64,000 nt of DNA from Raillietiella orientalis (Eukaryota): the NCBI GenBank assembly GCA_036172245.1, contig JAYWIR010000013.1:1860001-1924000 (forward strand), given 5' to 3'. The position numbers and the translations under genes are program-made. The notes beneath the pieces were generated by a model, which had not been told where the DNA came from, did no database searches, and saw only the letters and a list, made by a program, of their open reading frames with translations. Position 1 is the stretch's first letter. The number at the start of each line of letters is the position of its first letter. Of the stretch, positions 13,017-26,510 are shown one piece after another.

Positions 13017-15009
13017 GTTCCAGCCCCCAGCCTGCCTTCCGACGCAGGAGGAGGCTTTCGACGCCACTCCGAGCCGGTTTGCTCTGAGCCCCCGCAGGAC
13101 ACCAGCCCCCTCCAGAGATGTCCGTGGGAGCCCCGCGCGGGAAGCGCATCCGGCACCGTCTACGGATGTCGCGGTTTGAGCACTGTGGGAGAAGCGAGTG
13201 GGGCTGTCGGCATTCCCCTCCAGCGGCGGGTCGCCGGCTAGCAACGCGAGCATCCTCAGGATGGTTCGAAACACGAGGTCTCCATGGGAACTCTTCTAAG
13301 AGGAAGGCGGGCGCTTTTTCGACGAACTGCGAAGGGTAGAGTAGGGAGTCTCCACCTCCCCTCACGGGACGACCATGGCGCCTCGTTGGGGCTTCGGGTG
13401 CCGGCGGCGATAGAGCGCAGCTTCGCTTCCCACCTGCTGTCTCGGAGGGTACTCGGGGTCTTCCTCAGAGCCCTTTCGGGATGGCGCGCTGTTGTTCCTT
13501 TGGGAAAGCAGCAAACGGGCAAGAGTGTGGAAGGACACGGGGGTCGTCTAAGGTCATGACCTGGAGCCTACGGGGATGAGGCTTGCTTGCATCCAGGGGG
13601 AAGCCACCCGAAACAAACAGCCCTCCTGGCTTGAAGAACTGGAGAACCCATCCCTTCCCCTCCCGAAGCAACTGCCTGCTTTCGTCCGCACTTGGGAGAC
13701 CTGCTGCAGCGCAGGTACAGTGAAAAGTCTCCGCGACCGGCTCGGCAGGATTGAGGGATCAGAGGGGCCGCTGGACGGGGTCCTTCCTCCAGCACCTCTT
13801 TCATCACGGGATGCTGGAGGAAACCCATCCTCTGTCATTCCGGGGTCGATGTTGTTCCCCCAACTCGAGGGTGGCTCGATGGTGCCGGCTCCCGGCGCCC
13901 TCGGGCGGCGGCGCTACCAGAGGGCGTAGGATCGAGCGGACCCTTCCCCGGGTTGAAGGAAAGGAGCGAGTCCGCTGCTGGGTGCCAACTCCTGTCCTCT
14001 CGATCGCCCGGTCCATCCCTCGCACAGTTGCCGCGGAAACCGTTCGGCTAGCTTTCCTCCTTGCCGGGAGGGGCAGCGGATCCAAGTGGGACTCCTTTAC
14101 CTCCCCTTGCCACAAGTGGAACGCTGCCCTTCTCGACCGGGAGGGTAGCCGGAGACCTCCTGCGTCTTCCGACCGAGGGCAACCGACCGAGCCAACTCCG
14201 AGACGGCGCTACCCCCGACGGCCGTGTCAGAGGTCGCTCAGCGGTTGGCGCTCCCACCGGAAGGCGGGTGAACTTGCCGGTGCTGACGGGCCGGGAGGCG
14301 AATCCTCCCGGAGGGGAGCAGGAAGCCGAGGTCTCTTGCTGGCTAAGATGTGCTCCTGCGCATCGCAAGGGGCACATGCGAGAAGAAGAAGAAGGAGAGG
14401 AAGGAATCCAAGAAGCATTCGCGAGGACGATCATCCCTACCATTTCCGTTTTCCATGCTCCAAGCGAGCGAAGCCGCAGGAAACCGCGTGGCGGAAGGCG
14501 TCGATCCGGCGGATAGGAGGCAAGACGGCCGCCATCTTTAGGGTCGCCACCTATCGACACATGCGGCGCTGCTCACTGCCTGACAGGCTCATCGCGTCGT
14601 CCCAGGGCAGTGACCATGGCCCCCTTTGCCCCTCCCGAGGAGGAAAGCCCACATTCCTTCGGATACAGTCGGAAGGTCGGAAAAATTCCTGCCTCCTCCT
14701 CCGACAGCGGGCCGGTCGTCGGCGACGGTCGCTCCGAACCCGGATCCTTGGAAGCCCGCTCCTTCATCCAGGTCGGATGTTCACTTCCTCGTGGCCTCTC
14801 CGGACCCGCCGTTCCGTTCCGACGTTTCCCTTTCCTCGCGGGCCGCGCGTTCCGGCGCACTAGCTGCCTCGTGAAGCGCCGCCGTGACGCGACGTTTCGT
14901 CATCGCGTCGCATCTCCAGCCTTCCGGCTAGGTGAGGCGCAGCTTCCACACCACCCCTTGTCCAGTGGGAAAATTTCAAACAAAGACGCATCCATTCCTC
15001 TACGGACGT

Positions 15010-15038
15010 ACACACACACACACACACTCACACACACA
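15010..15038. repeat. (CA)n microsatellite
   Basis: ACACACAC... with one interruption. Confidence 0.9.
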
Positions 15039-18000
15039 TGCATGCGTGCCTACGGACGGAACTCTCCTACTCAATCTCATTCCAATTATTTATGAATGTA
15101 CAAGACATTTCGCTGTATGTATACATAGGAGAATGCCTTGTGCTAGCTGGCCATTTTGTATTTCTCAGTCGGGGGAGGAGGGGAGGAACACGTGCATACG
15201 TGTGTGGGGAATGTGGCCCCTTACATATACGTACGTGCACTGTAAATAGCCCTGAAGAGCGCCCTGCTGAGCACGCACACACTTTTAAAGCCTCGAGGAG
15301 ACGAGGGACTTGGGCGTTTGCAAGGCAGCTGACTGACCTAGAGAAACAGGAGAGCCGGTTAAAGTGGGGTGCTGGCGGCGCTCCGACCCGCCCTTGCCAT
15401 ACGCATCGCTAGGCAGGTCTGGTGAGGGTCCCTCCTTCCGGGTTCCTCTGGCCCGAAGACGTCCACGAGGGAGGTGCGCCACGCCTGGCCAAGCGCGGCA
15501 GGAAACCCGCCAAGCAGCACCAGCCCCCCCCCCCTTCCGCGCGTGCGCGCAGGGCAGCAGCCGAGCGCCCCCGAGATGCGAGGCTACGCCTCTCCTCCGA
15601 GACGTTCTGAGAGAGAGAAAGAGCACTTTCCCCGGCGCGCCTCTTCTGCATTCCTCCCTCTGGAGCAACTCATTCTTCCGGGGTGTTTCTTCCGAGCGGA
15701 CTTCTCGGCTGATCCCCCGTGACTGCTGTTGGGCTGGAGGTGGGGCTCACAGCCCGTACGGTCTCCTCAGTGGGGGAAGCCCCACTTTTCTTTCATCCCG
15801 CTTTCCTGGCACGCCCGGGAAACAAAAGGGAAGCCGACGGAGGCGACCGGGAGTCCAGCCAATCACCCCGGCTCACCCGTCTTGCCGTCCCGCATGAACG
15901 GCCGCTCGCAGGGCGTGGAGCACGTAGGCGCGGGTCTGCCGGGAAGCGGGCCGGTGCACCAGGAAGTGATCCGGCAAGACAATGGGTGGCGAGACGGAGG
16001 TTCCTCGGCGCCCTTCGCAGCGGGCTCCGCCCTGGAAGGACTGGAACTGACCCCCTCAGGGCTCGGACGCTCCTGGGAGACGAAGTCGGCATGATCCAGG
16101 GATGCCGCGAGCTCCCTCCGCGGATCCAGGGGAACTTTCCGCCCTACAGGCCCGCTAGGACAGCCCCGGTGGGCGAGCCCGGAAAAAAAAACGGACCGGG
16201 AACATCCTCCCCTGGTGGACTTGTGTGGAGACGCCAGCTGACCTGGAGGGCGCCTCTCCCGCAAGCCTTCCATCCCAGGGCATCCGGGATGCGCACACGG
16301 CTGGTTGCTGCACGGCGGAGGAGGTGAGATCAAGTCCTTCGGCTTTCCCGACGAAAAGCCCTCAGCAAACCCTGCAAATCTCGCGCTGCGTCACGTCTGA
16401 AGGAGGGGCAGATCCAGCTAAGAGGGAGGCCGGCTGCGGCGTAGTTCCCCCCCCTTCCCTTCCCCGATCCCCCAGGAACGTCGGGCGGGCTCTTTCAGGA
16501 TCACCCCCCACTGGGGCATTGTCGCTTCCCGAGGCGGAGTCGGAAGGAATTTCGCATCCAGAAGTATCGGGAAGGCTGCCTGGAATCCATGACAGAGTCC
16601 CCTCCGGCGTCCAGCGGGCTCTCGGAGCTGGCGGCACCGCGACCTCAGCTGTCGTACTAGAATCTCAAGGGCAGGGGGAAGGATGTTCGAGGCGCAACCA
16701 GGCACCTCTGGAAAGCTACAGGTGATCTCTTCGAATCCCTGACGGGGAGGGAACCTCGCCGGGTCCCCTTCCTGCTCCAGCCCGTCGCCTAGGTTATCTC
16801 GGTCGCTCGTCCCCCGTTGGCGATGGAGGGATATGAGTCCTGAACCCCTGCATCCCGTAAAGAGAAGGGGACGGCTCGCAACTAGTTCGCTGGAGGTCCT
16901 CCTTCTAAGCTCTCGACCGTGGCCTGGAGGCTGGGCCGTGAAGCGGGCGGAATACACCGAGAAGGAGGAATCTGGAAGTCCCCCCGCGGGTGCAAAGACG
17001 GGAGGATTTCAGAATTCTACTGAAGCCGCAGAAAGACAAGAGAGGCCCGGGCGGTAAGAGGAAGGATCTCGCGCGTTCTCTCGGCCCTCTGCGGCGAATG
17101 ACCTTTCCCTCCTCAGGAAATCGTGACCCAACGTCCTCTGCTTCTGGTCGAAGGTCACTGCTGGTTCCTAGTCTCTCTTTCCCCTAGCCCCACCACCTTG
17201 GGTGGGAGAAGCGCCCGAACATGGCGCTGGGTCCGATCGGCTCCCAATCGGGCCCAGCGCGAGCTCTCACGGGGCCCTCCCCGCAACCGGCCGGGGAGAA
17301 GGGGGGCTTCATCCGGGAAGGGCTAGCATACGGGAACGCGCGCAGAAGCGCCTCCTCCTCCTGAAAGGACTATCCCCCCCGGCTCGCCTTTTCAGGGGAG
17401 CAGACTGTTGCCGTCCCCCAGTGGGGGACGGCAACAGTCTTTGAGCATCGAGGGCCCCCTCCAGCCAGAGGTGCGCGGACTGGTGAAGGAGGGCACCGGG
17501 CAGAAACCCCAGAGCGCGCACCACGGGAGCGCGCGCGCCAGCGGGAGAAGCACGTGAGCTGGTCTCCAACTCCACTTTTCCCGTTTCCTTGCCCTCTGCC
17601 TCAAGAGACTCTCTCGGGATGGGTGGGGCGCTGGGAAAACCTGAAAAGGGTGGGCCTTCGAGTCGACTGCATTCACAGGAGCCTCCTTCATCAGGGACAC
17701 AGGGAGGAGGAGCTACCCTTCCTTCGTTTCCTTTGCTTTTTTCTTATCTCCATCTTCCCAGACGAGGGAGGAAGTGGAGACGTCCAGGAGACCACAGCAT
17801 CCCTCTGAAAATCCGAACGAAGAAAATGAGGAAAATAAACCAGCTCCCCTCCTCCTCCTCCCCCTTTTCCCTTCCCTCTCCTCCTTTCCTTCTTCCTTCT
17901 CCTCCCTCCCTCCTTTCCTCCCCTCTTCCACATTCCGTGCACAGCATCCGATGGCCCCGAATCTCTGCATTCCGGAGCCGCAGGTCCAACCTCGCAGGAG

Positions 18001-18193
18001 AGAGAAAAAAAAAAAGAAAAAAAAAAAAAAGGCAGAAAGAAAAAAAACTGGTCCTGCCGCGCGACCACCATCCTCTTCCCCTCGAGGGCATGCCGACCTT
18101 TTTCGCTTCTTCTTCGGATCTGCACGCGTCCCCGCTGCCACTGTTGCGGGCTCCAGGCGCGCGCGGAGCCAGGTCACGGAGCTCCCGAGGCGC

Positions 18194-18501
18194 TATATAA
18201 GCCAAAACGGTCGCGTGGGGCTCCTCTCATCTCGTGGTCCATCGATACCGGAAGCAGCTCGCCACGCGGAGGTCGGCGAGTGCGCGCGCGTCCCTGAGAA
18301 CCGATCGCGCCTTCATCGGTGGATGCAGCAGCGGCAGCGGCAGCCCGACCGGAGCCCCTGCGGAAGCACCCGAGCAGCAGCGCCACCACCGCCACCGCCG
18401 CCGCCGCCACCTGCCGGCTCCTTCCTTCACCCCGTGTGACCCGCGGTGCTCATCCCCGCCGACACGAGTCCACGTGGACGGACGGCCGCCTCGCTCTTTA
18501 G
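18194..18501 (+). promoter_or_regulatory. TATA box and probable non-coding first exon of the miniature-like gene
   Basis: TATATAA at 18194-18200 in GC-rich DNA. A strong donor AG|GTAAGT at 18501/18502 matches a downstream branch point GACTAAC (~21638) and acceptor TTTTGTCCAG ending at 21663, 33 nt before the ATG at 21697. Confidence 0.6.
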
Positions 18502-21500
18502 GTAAGTGCCCGACAGAGGGGGCGAACGTCTGGGCCGACCCCCTTGGAGCGCGCGTTCCCTCCCTCCCTTTCCTCCCTGTGCCGCCTTCCCCCTTCCTCG
18601 GCCCCGAGGGGGCGCGACGGCTCCCCTCCTTCCCACCTCGGAATTCCTCCTCATCCTCCTCCCCCGGCCGACCGCACGACCCCACCCCCTGCAGCCGAGC
18701 GCGGCCGGACGCTGCCGCCTTCGCAGCCGCCTGGGGCGTCCGACTCGCCCGGCCGCCGCGGAAGCGCACGACCGCCAAACTGACCCACATTCTAGGCAGT
18801 TGGGAGAGGGGAAGGGCAGCAGTCTTGCGCGGGACTCTCGCGCTCTCCTCCCCCCGCGGTGCCGGACAGGGGGGGGCTCAGGGGAGAAAGCGGAGCGACG
18901 GGTGGGGCATCCGAGGAGATCCACTCTTCCCCCCTTCCGGGCCATGGGCGCGGAGAGCGCGCAGATCTGAATGGCTTAGGAACGAAGGGGCAGGCGGCAG
19001 CAGTATTGCCTACTGCCCCCACCTCCCACTTCTTCCCTCTCCCCTAGGAGACCGCCGCCCGCAGGCCTCCGGGGGGTGCTCTCAGTTGCCCTTCCTTGCC
19101 TCTCCCTCATCGTCCCCTGGGGAGAGAAACGCCCGAGACGGCTCCAGTCAGGAAGCCCCTGAAACTCCCGTCCGTCCCCTCCCTGATCCCCCGTCGCCCG
19201 TGGTTGCTACGGCGACGACCACCAGCCTCAAAAAGCCCGCTTCCGCTCCGCCTCATCTGCCTGGTCCCAGCGGCGAGCTCCGTGCAGACAGCGAGAATGG
19301 ACGACCCTCCTCTGCCTCCCTTCTCCACCATCCTGTAGCAATCTCCTTGATGACGCGGCGAGACAGGACTGGGTCACGGGGGGAACGCAGGAGCGACCTC
19401 GTGCCCCGTGGCGGGCCCTCGCCTTCCTCTCCTGTCAGGAGGACGCGCCCCTCCCCTTCCTCCCCTCCCCTACCGCGAACGGCCGGGCCGGGTCGTGGGA
19501 GCCGAGGCAGCCGCGCGTCTCAGCGCCCGGGTCGCGGAGCCGGGGTGGGGGCGAGCACATTTGTCCCAGGAGAGACGTCCGCCCTACCACTCACTCTCTT
19601 TGCCTAGTAGCCAGCCTTTCCCCGGCCGGCCGGATCGCACAGCAAGGGGCGGGAGGAGGGGTGGGATGGCGTGAGGTAAGGAGGGTGATGAAACGACCCT
19701 CTCTTGGCCCTCCTGGCTCTCTCTCTCCAGCCTCTGGAGCGCCATTGCCGCGAAAAGCGAGGGGGAGGAAAAGCGGGGAAGGACGGACGCTCCAGGGAAC
19801 AGCCGGGACGGTGAGGGCTGCACGGGCTGCGCCTGCACCCTTACGAGTGGAGGGGGGAGGAGCAGCAGCAGCAGTCCCTCGGGGGCGGATTCTGGGAGGT
19901 CCCTCGGGCGCGAAAGGTGCGCAGCACGCGTTCACGTGACCTTTCACACTTCCACCCGGTAGGGGGGAGGCAGACACGACCGACCTCTCGCAGTCCCCTC
20001 ATCATCATCATCGTCATCGTCGTTGTCATTCCTTCCTCCTTCTCCTTTTCCCCTTGCTCTGCACCCCTCTCCTTCCCAGTCGCCCTTCTCTCCTTTGCAG
20101 GTGGGGCAGATTGCGGGAAGGTGGCGCGGGGTGGATCTGCCAGCCAGCCCTTGCCTCGGGTCGCCCCTAGGTCGCTCCTGACGTAGCCGGGGGAGTGGCG
20201 GCGGCGCGAGGAGTCCCCGAAAGAGCAAACACTCGCCGCGAAAGGACTCACGGGGAGACCTGAGGGGCGGCCGAGCGCTCGCAGCCTTTCCCGCCCGCTG
20301 ACCTCGGGTTTCGCTCAGTCTCTCTCCTGCTCCATCTCCTGACCGGCCCGGAGAGCGCGACTCCGCCTGCCGGGAGGACGGGCACGCGAAGAGGGGCAAG
20401 GAGGGCAAGGAGGTGGAGGGTCCGAAAAAGGGAAGAGGAAATTCGCGCGCGCGCGCGGCTGAGGCGGGAGCGATGTGGGGGCAGGCGCTCCGTTGCTGAG
20501 CAACGGCCCCGCGCCTGCCGTGCGGCAAGGCAGAGGCCTTTCAGTGGGTACGCGTTCAAAGGGTGAAGAGGAGGTAGGAGAGGAGAGGGAAGTCGGAGGG
20601 CGCTGCGCCCGCGCCGCTCGGGAAGATTCCCCTCCCCGTCTTCGAGGACGCGCACGTCCCCCCTCCCTCCCCGACCATCATCTGAGATCGCCTGTGGGCG
20701 TCTCGTAGCGTGTAGAGAGCTGCGCTGCCCCGGGGACTTGCAGGCAGCAGCAGCGACCGCTGCCGCTACTCCGCGCGCGCGCCCTAGAAACTCCCGGGTC
20801 ATTGCATCGCGCGGACCGCCCGCGCTGCCTGGACGACGGCGACCACGACGACGGCGCGCGACCTCGCCAAGCGGCGGAGAGAGCGGAGGTGGGGGGGGAG
20901 GCGAGAGAGCGCCGCCGCCCCTGATTGGCGGCTGTTCGCCTTCGGACCACGCGTGCCTCCTCTCCCGGGAGCAGGCAGACCCCCTGCACGCGCACCCCTC
21001 TCCTCCTCGGTGACTCGACGCCTCAGGAGCGCAAACCCTTCCCCCTCCCTCGCTTCATCTCCGCGTCTCGCCGCCAGGGCGGCGACACTGTCTCGGAGCG
21101 GCCGAGTCGCCGCGCGCAGAGGAGGGCTCGCGCAGCTTCACCTCTTCCTCCGCCAGACCCGGAGGGAGCGCCCTTGCGGGAGAGAGTCGGAGGCAGCGGA
21201 GGAGGATGCTTCCAGCCAGGAAGGAGATGGCGGGCCCGCCGGAAAGAGGGCCTCGGGCCGGAAAATGCCCGCGGTGCCGCCGTCCTCCTCGGAGGGCTGC
21301 TAAAAGGAAGAGGGAGGGGAGTTTCCTCCTTCCTCATTTTGCAGAGAAGGGGAGGCGTGCGGTGACGAAAGCACGATTGTGACAGAGGGTGGTGGTGAGG
21401 AAAATGGGGCGCGTCGCCCGCATGCGGGGGGCGCGCGCGCCTTGGTCGGCGCTCGAGCGGCGCCTGCCACCGCCAGATGGACGCCGCCTGCCCGCTGCTG

Positions 21501-21696
21501 CGCTGCTTCCCCGGCAGGAGCGCGTCCTACGACGTCCCGGAGGGTCGCCTGAAGGGATGGAGGAGGACGTGCCAGGTTCCACCTCGCGCGCGCGCGAGGA
21601 GGGGGGGGCATAGGGCCCCTGCGCGCGCTCCAGCCATGACTAACGCAGGGATGTTTTGTCCAGGCCAGCAGCGTCCGCCCCGCCCTGTGGTGCGCC

Positions 21697-24600
21697 ATGT
21701 GTGGAACCAACGTACTCCTGGCAACCGTCGTCGTCTTGGCAGTAAGTAGACCCCTTCCCTCCCTCCCACCCCACCCGCATCCGCCGAGAGCCGGCAGCCG
21801 CACCGCAACCACCGCCATGCGCTCGCGAGCACATCGTCAGAACCGGTGGGGCGCGTGTGGGCGGAGGAAGCCGCTGCCGCCACCGCTGTTGCTGCCAGAG
21901 GAAGGACGGCCGGAGGAAGCCGAGAGGAGAGGCACCGTTAACTCGGAGGAGGGACCGTCGTAGCCTGGGGCCATCCGTGACCCGCTGCTCCTCCCGCTGT
22001 GACCCGCATTCTCAGGGCGCGCGCGTGTGCGCGGCTCGCGCTCGGACCGCAATTCGAGCCCGCCCCGCCAGCAGCCCCCGGGCGATCCCGGAAGCGGACG
22101 GGTTGCCCCGAGGGAGGGGGCGCGGCCCTCTCTAGAGGGAAACCCCTCCCACCTTCCCGCCCGCCAAGCCCCTCCCTGCAGCGCACGCCGCGGCCCACTC
22201 GCGCGGCATTCTTCACCGCTCCTCCTTCTGACCGGACGCCCCCGGGTGCTTCCGGTAGTCTCTCGCCGACCTCGAGACGCGTGGAGAAGCCGGACAGGAG
22301 CCACCGCAACCGCGTGTCGAGGTGGTGGTGGTGGGTAAGTGGACTCCTTTAGCCTCCAAGGAGGAGGGGGCCCTCTCGATCCCTACGCTGAACCTTCCCT
22401 TTCTTGCCCTTTCCCCCCCGGATCGACTCTGACCGTCTCTGGGAACCTCCATGGGCAGGTGCGCTCCCTTCCAGGCGTTGCCTGGGAAACGCGGCTATGC
22501 CTCCCCTCTCCCGCTCCTCGGCTCGCTCCTAGCCCGGGGACGGGGAGCGGGTGGTTCCGAGAGAGTGGATAGGGGAGGTTCCCTCTCTCCCATTGCCCCT
22601 TCCCGGAGGACCGGAAAGGAAAGTGGGAGGACCGGGAGCGCATCACCCTTTGCTTCTCCTTGCCGGAACCGGACAGGGGAGTCCCGGGAAGCCTCGGGGC
22701 GGAGAGATAGGGTGGGGCAGAGTAAGGATGAGCTCGTAAGCTCGGAGCTCCCGAGGGGGGGAAAGGCAGTAGCTGGTGGTGACCCGGTTCCAGCCCCCCA
22801 GGATTCTGGGGCGCAAGGTTGGAAAAAGCACGACTGCCCACCTTCGGCAGATTCCCGAGGTCGCCCTCACCCCCAACCCCTGTTTTTCCAGCTGTTCTGC
22901 CGGGCGGAGAACGGCGTCCACGGGAGCAGAAGGACCAATGCGAAGGACCGGGATGATCCGGAGAAGAGACAGGTGAGTGGGAGGGCATCCCTGGAGGCGA
23001 CACCGCAGGCCCGTGCACTGTCCAGGTCAAAGTGATCTACGCGGAGACGAAAGAAGCGCAGGAAGCGGAAGCAGTTCCGGGCGCCGCCGCGAAGAGGGCC
23101 GATGTGGAGACCCGCAGGCAGGACATCGACCCTTCCGCCCTCGTCCCCGGATCCTTTCTTGTGCCCCCACCCCCTCCCCCGCTCTCCCACGCCGGCTTTC
23201 CCGACGCCGGCGGCTTCTCCGGCGGCGGCGGAGGAGGAGGCGCCGTCTTGTCCCAGCAGCAGCTCCCGGGCAGCCTCATCCACGGCAGCAACCAGATCCT
23301 CCCTCCGGAGCAGTTCCCGCAGTCCAACTTCCCCTTCAATCAGCAGCAGAACTTCCACCTCCACCGCTTCCCCGAGGCGAACTCTCTAGGAGGCAGCGGC
23401 GGCGGTCACGACGTCGGCGTCCACTTCGGCCGGCTGCCCTCAGGTTAATGTCTGCTTTCACTGCTTGCCCTCCTCCTCCTCCTCTTCATCTTCGTCTTCA
23501 TCCACTTCTTCTTTTTCCCATTCCTCTTCCTCTTCCTCTTGTTCTTCCTCTTCCTCTTGTTCCTTCTGTTCCTCTGTTCCCTTCACAGAACGGGGAAGGC
23601 CTCCATCCACCCACCCACACACACCCTCACGTTCTTCCGCTGGTGTTTTCAGAAGCGTCCTTCTCCTCCAATCCCTTGCCAGCGGACGCCTCCAGGCTGG
23701 ACTTCTCTGCGACCCAGCAGCACCCGTCCGTCGCGTCCTTCGGGAATAGTTTCCCATCCGACAACGAGGTGTCCGTCGACGGCGAGGTGCAGCTGCCTCC
23801 CTACGTCTCCTCGGACGAAATTGCAGAGCAGACCAACGACATCTGGCCCCGGGCGGCCAACGACATCCCGAAGATCGTCGACCTGGACGTCAAGTGCGAG
23901 AAGAACCTCATGAAAGTGACCATCCAGTTCGACAAGCCGTTCCAAGGATCCATCTTCAGTAAGGGCCACTACCGGAACGTCAACTGCGTGCACGTGCCCG
24001 CGGGGCTGGGTCGCACCATCTCCAGCTTCGACATCAGCATTAACTCCTGTGGGACGGTCGGGAAGACGGACGGCGGGTCCCACTCGGGGTCCGGGACGTA
24101 CTTCGACAACATCATCGTCATCCAGTACGACTCCCAGGTCCAGGAGGTCTGGGACCAGGCCAGGAGACTCCGGTGCACGTGGCACGACCAGTACGAGAAG
24201 TCGGTGACCTTCCGGCCGTTCTCCGTTGACACCCTGGACGTCATCCGGGCGGACTTTGCCGGGGATAACGTGGGCTGCTGGATGCAGATCCAGGTTGGCA
24301 AAGGGCCCTGGGCCCCGGAGGTGTCGGGCCTGGTCAAGATCGGCCAGACGATGACGATGGCGCTGGCCATCAAGGACGACGAGAATAAGTTCGACATGCT
24401 CGTCCGCAACTGCATGGCCCACGACGGGAAGAGGGCGCCCATCCAGCTGGTGGACCACAAGGGGTGCGTCACCAGGCCCAAGCTCATGTCGAAGTTTATG
24501 AAGATTAAGAACTTTGGAGCGAGCGCGTCGGTGCTCTCCTACTCCTTCTTCCACGCCTTCAAGTTCCCGGACTCCATGGAGGTCCACTTCCAGTGCACCA

Positions 24601-25172
24601 TCCAGATCTGCCGGTTCCAGTGCCCGGAGCAGTGCTCCCAGTCCTTCCTGGAGCCCCGGCCAGCAAACTCCGCCCTCGTATCGCACGAGATCGGCCTCCC
24701 CCCGCAGTCCTCTTTCTTGCCGGCGGGTCGCCCCAGGGACGACAACAGGGCGAAGAGAGAAGCGTCTCTGCCTGCGACCGCCACCGGGCGGACGGCGGCA
24801 GCGAAGGCGTCGTCGTCCAACAGCTCGCAGGAGGCGGCAGCGGCGGCAGAAGAGGAGGAGGAGGAGGAGACGGCCGAGGTGGGCATCAACAAGCTCATTC
24901 GGGTGGTGTCCACCGGCGATCTGGCGTTCTCGCTGGAGGGCAGCGGCTCCGCCAACGTGTCCACCCTCGTGGTGCCCGTCTCCTACGGGGACGAAGGGCT
25001 CGTCTGCATGACGAAGCCCGGGTTCGTCGCCTCCCTGGTGGTGCTCATGAGCATCCTCGTGGTCTCTTGCCTGCTGTCGGCCTTCCTCTGCATCCGGCAC
25101 AAGGCCGTCCACGACAAGTCTCGTGCCTACGAGGGCTGCGGCGGCTTCCCCGTGAAGAAGATCCACTTTTGA
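21697..25172 (+). CDS. m: ZP-domain transmembrane cuticle/apical-ECM protein, miniature/dusky family (closest to miniature); 4 coding exons, ~677 aa
   Basis: Exons 21697-21741 (MCGTNVLLATVVVLA, signal-peptide-like, donor GTAAGT), 22892-22972, 23026-23443 and 23683-25172 (alternative in-phase acceptor at 23653). Phases 0,0,1 are consistent and the total of 2034 nt is divisible by 3. The last exon encodes a full ZP domain (IPKIVDLDVKCEKN...QEVWDQARRLRCTWHDQYEKSVTFRPF...CWMQIQVGKGPW...FKFPDSMEVHFQCTIQICRFQCPEQC), a furin-type site RAKR, a hydrophobic TM segment (FVASLVVLMSILVVSCLLSAFLCI) and a short tail. Assignment to miniature rather than dusky/dusky-like rests on recalled motifs (KGHY, CTWHD, ADFAGDNVGC). 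Confidence 0.9.
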
Positions 25173-25729
25173 GGGGAGAAGCCCCGCCAAGCAGGACGCC
25201 ATGGCAACCGACCTCTCCTCCTCCACCCCTCCCTCCAAATCCCCCAGGAAGTTCCCTCCCTTCCCTGCCATCCCTCCATCCCCTCCGCGCGCAACCACCG
25301 TTCCTGACCGCTGCCACGACGGACAGCGACTCAACAACGAGCGGACGCGCCATCTGGACGCTCCGGTCCGCCCACGCACCTCGCCCCCTTCTCCCTCGCC
25401 CCCTCCGGGCACCTGGAGGGGGTCCGGAGAGAGAGACGACGACGACCTCCGTGTCCTCCCTTCGCCTCCCCCGCGGAGAGGAGGAGAGACCTCGGAGCGA
25501 TCCCGCCACTGCGGAAGAAGGGGGGGTGGTCGCCGCCCCGCAGCCCCCGGAGCGCGCCCCTCGTCGCGCACTCCTGAGAGGGGGAGGGAAAGCGCGCGGC
25601 AGCCGCCACCACCCCGTTCCCCTTGAACCTCCGTCCACATCTGCCATCCCTTTCTCCGGCGGGACTTTCCCGTGCCGCCCGCATCCCGCGCAGCCGAGCC
25701 TCGGAAGATGCAACTTCCTTTCCGAGACA

Positions 25730-25735
25730 AATAAA
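25730..25735 (+). terminator. Candidate polyadenylation signal of the miniature-like gene
   Basis: AATAAA about 560 nt after the TGA at 25170-25172, followed by T-rich sequence. Confidence 0.5.
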
Positions 25736-25909
25736 CGTGATGACGCAATTTTTCTCTTGGGTTCTCCCGACTTCCTCCCCCTTCCCCTCCTCTTTATCGC
25801 CGCCGTCACCATGAGAGCTCTTCTTCGTCCCATCCCTAACCTTCTCCTCCTTTTCGGGTTCTCCCATTTTCGCTGCTTCATTTCCAGCTGTTTTTCCCTT
25901 TTCTAGTTG

Positions 25910-26510
25910 CCGAGGAGTGCTGAAGAACCGTCCGCCAGCTCATGGGGGCTCACGAAGCTCCTAGACACACCACATCCGAGGACGTGTGTCGACTCTTCTT
26001 ACAGTCGCAGGGGGAGGCCCCGGAGGGACAACTACCACCCCTATGAGCCCAGGAGGGTTCCGGAGGGAGGAATCCGTTTCTCTCTTTCTCTTGAGAGCTA
26101 ACCCTCACCCTGGTTGTCTCCAGGGGGAACTCCCCAGAAAGGAGCTGCTCCTCCCCTGAAAAGACCTCCGAAGGGACGCTCCCGTAAGGGAGTAGTGCGC
26201 CATAGATGCACCGGCTCCGCAGTACGAGATAGGGGGTCCCACCAGAGGGACGACCCTGGAGGGAACGGATTCCATGGATCCTGGAAGGACCCACTCGAGG
26301 AGGCACACGGCTTCCAGGCGGGGCCCCACACCTGAACAGGACAGCCAGTGCCATCCTGCGGGGAGTGGGGGACTCGAAACACCCACGGCGGAGCACTCTT
26401 CCCCCATTTCTCGGCGTCGTCGAGGCCCCTTCCAGGGCAGGATTCGAACCTGCGACGCCCAGTGCCTCGCAGACTGCGGTCTTCTCTTTGCCTTCCTCCT
26501 CGCCACGAGC
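25910..26510 (-). mobile_element. tRNA-derived SINE-like element, most complete copy
   Basis: Pol III B box GGTTCGAATCC on - (26440-26450), A-box-like TGGCGAGGAGG (26495-26505) and a second B-box-like GTTTCGAGTCC (26370-26380). The body shares colinear blocks with 27640-28270 and, inverted, with 6780-7190 and 7515-7805. Confidence 0.6.

Noticed and set aside
8000..21600. Many overlapping 100-450 aa ORFs, e.g. 10254..11441, 13751..14863 and 18234..19607
   Set aside because: Arg/Pro/Gly/Ser-rich in all frames, as expected from stop-codon scarcity in GC-rich non-coding DNA. Part of the region is the predicted first intron of the ZP gene.
21934..21940. ACCGTTA Ovo/Shavenbaby-like site in the miniature-like intron
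   Set aside because: Biologically attractive because miniature is a Shavenbaby target in Drosophila, but a single 7-mer is expected by chance.
22977..23682. N-terminal ~235 aa of the 731-aa ORF
   Set aside because: It reads through two introns and an exon in the wrong frame. The spliced model supplies a signal peptide and consistent phases.
23649..25906. Long antisense (699 aa) and alternative-frame (437 aa) ORFs over the ZP gene
   Set aside because: Expected shadows of a coding sequence with very high GC3; no recognisable domains.
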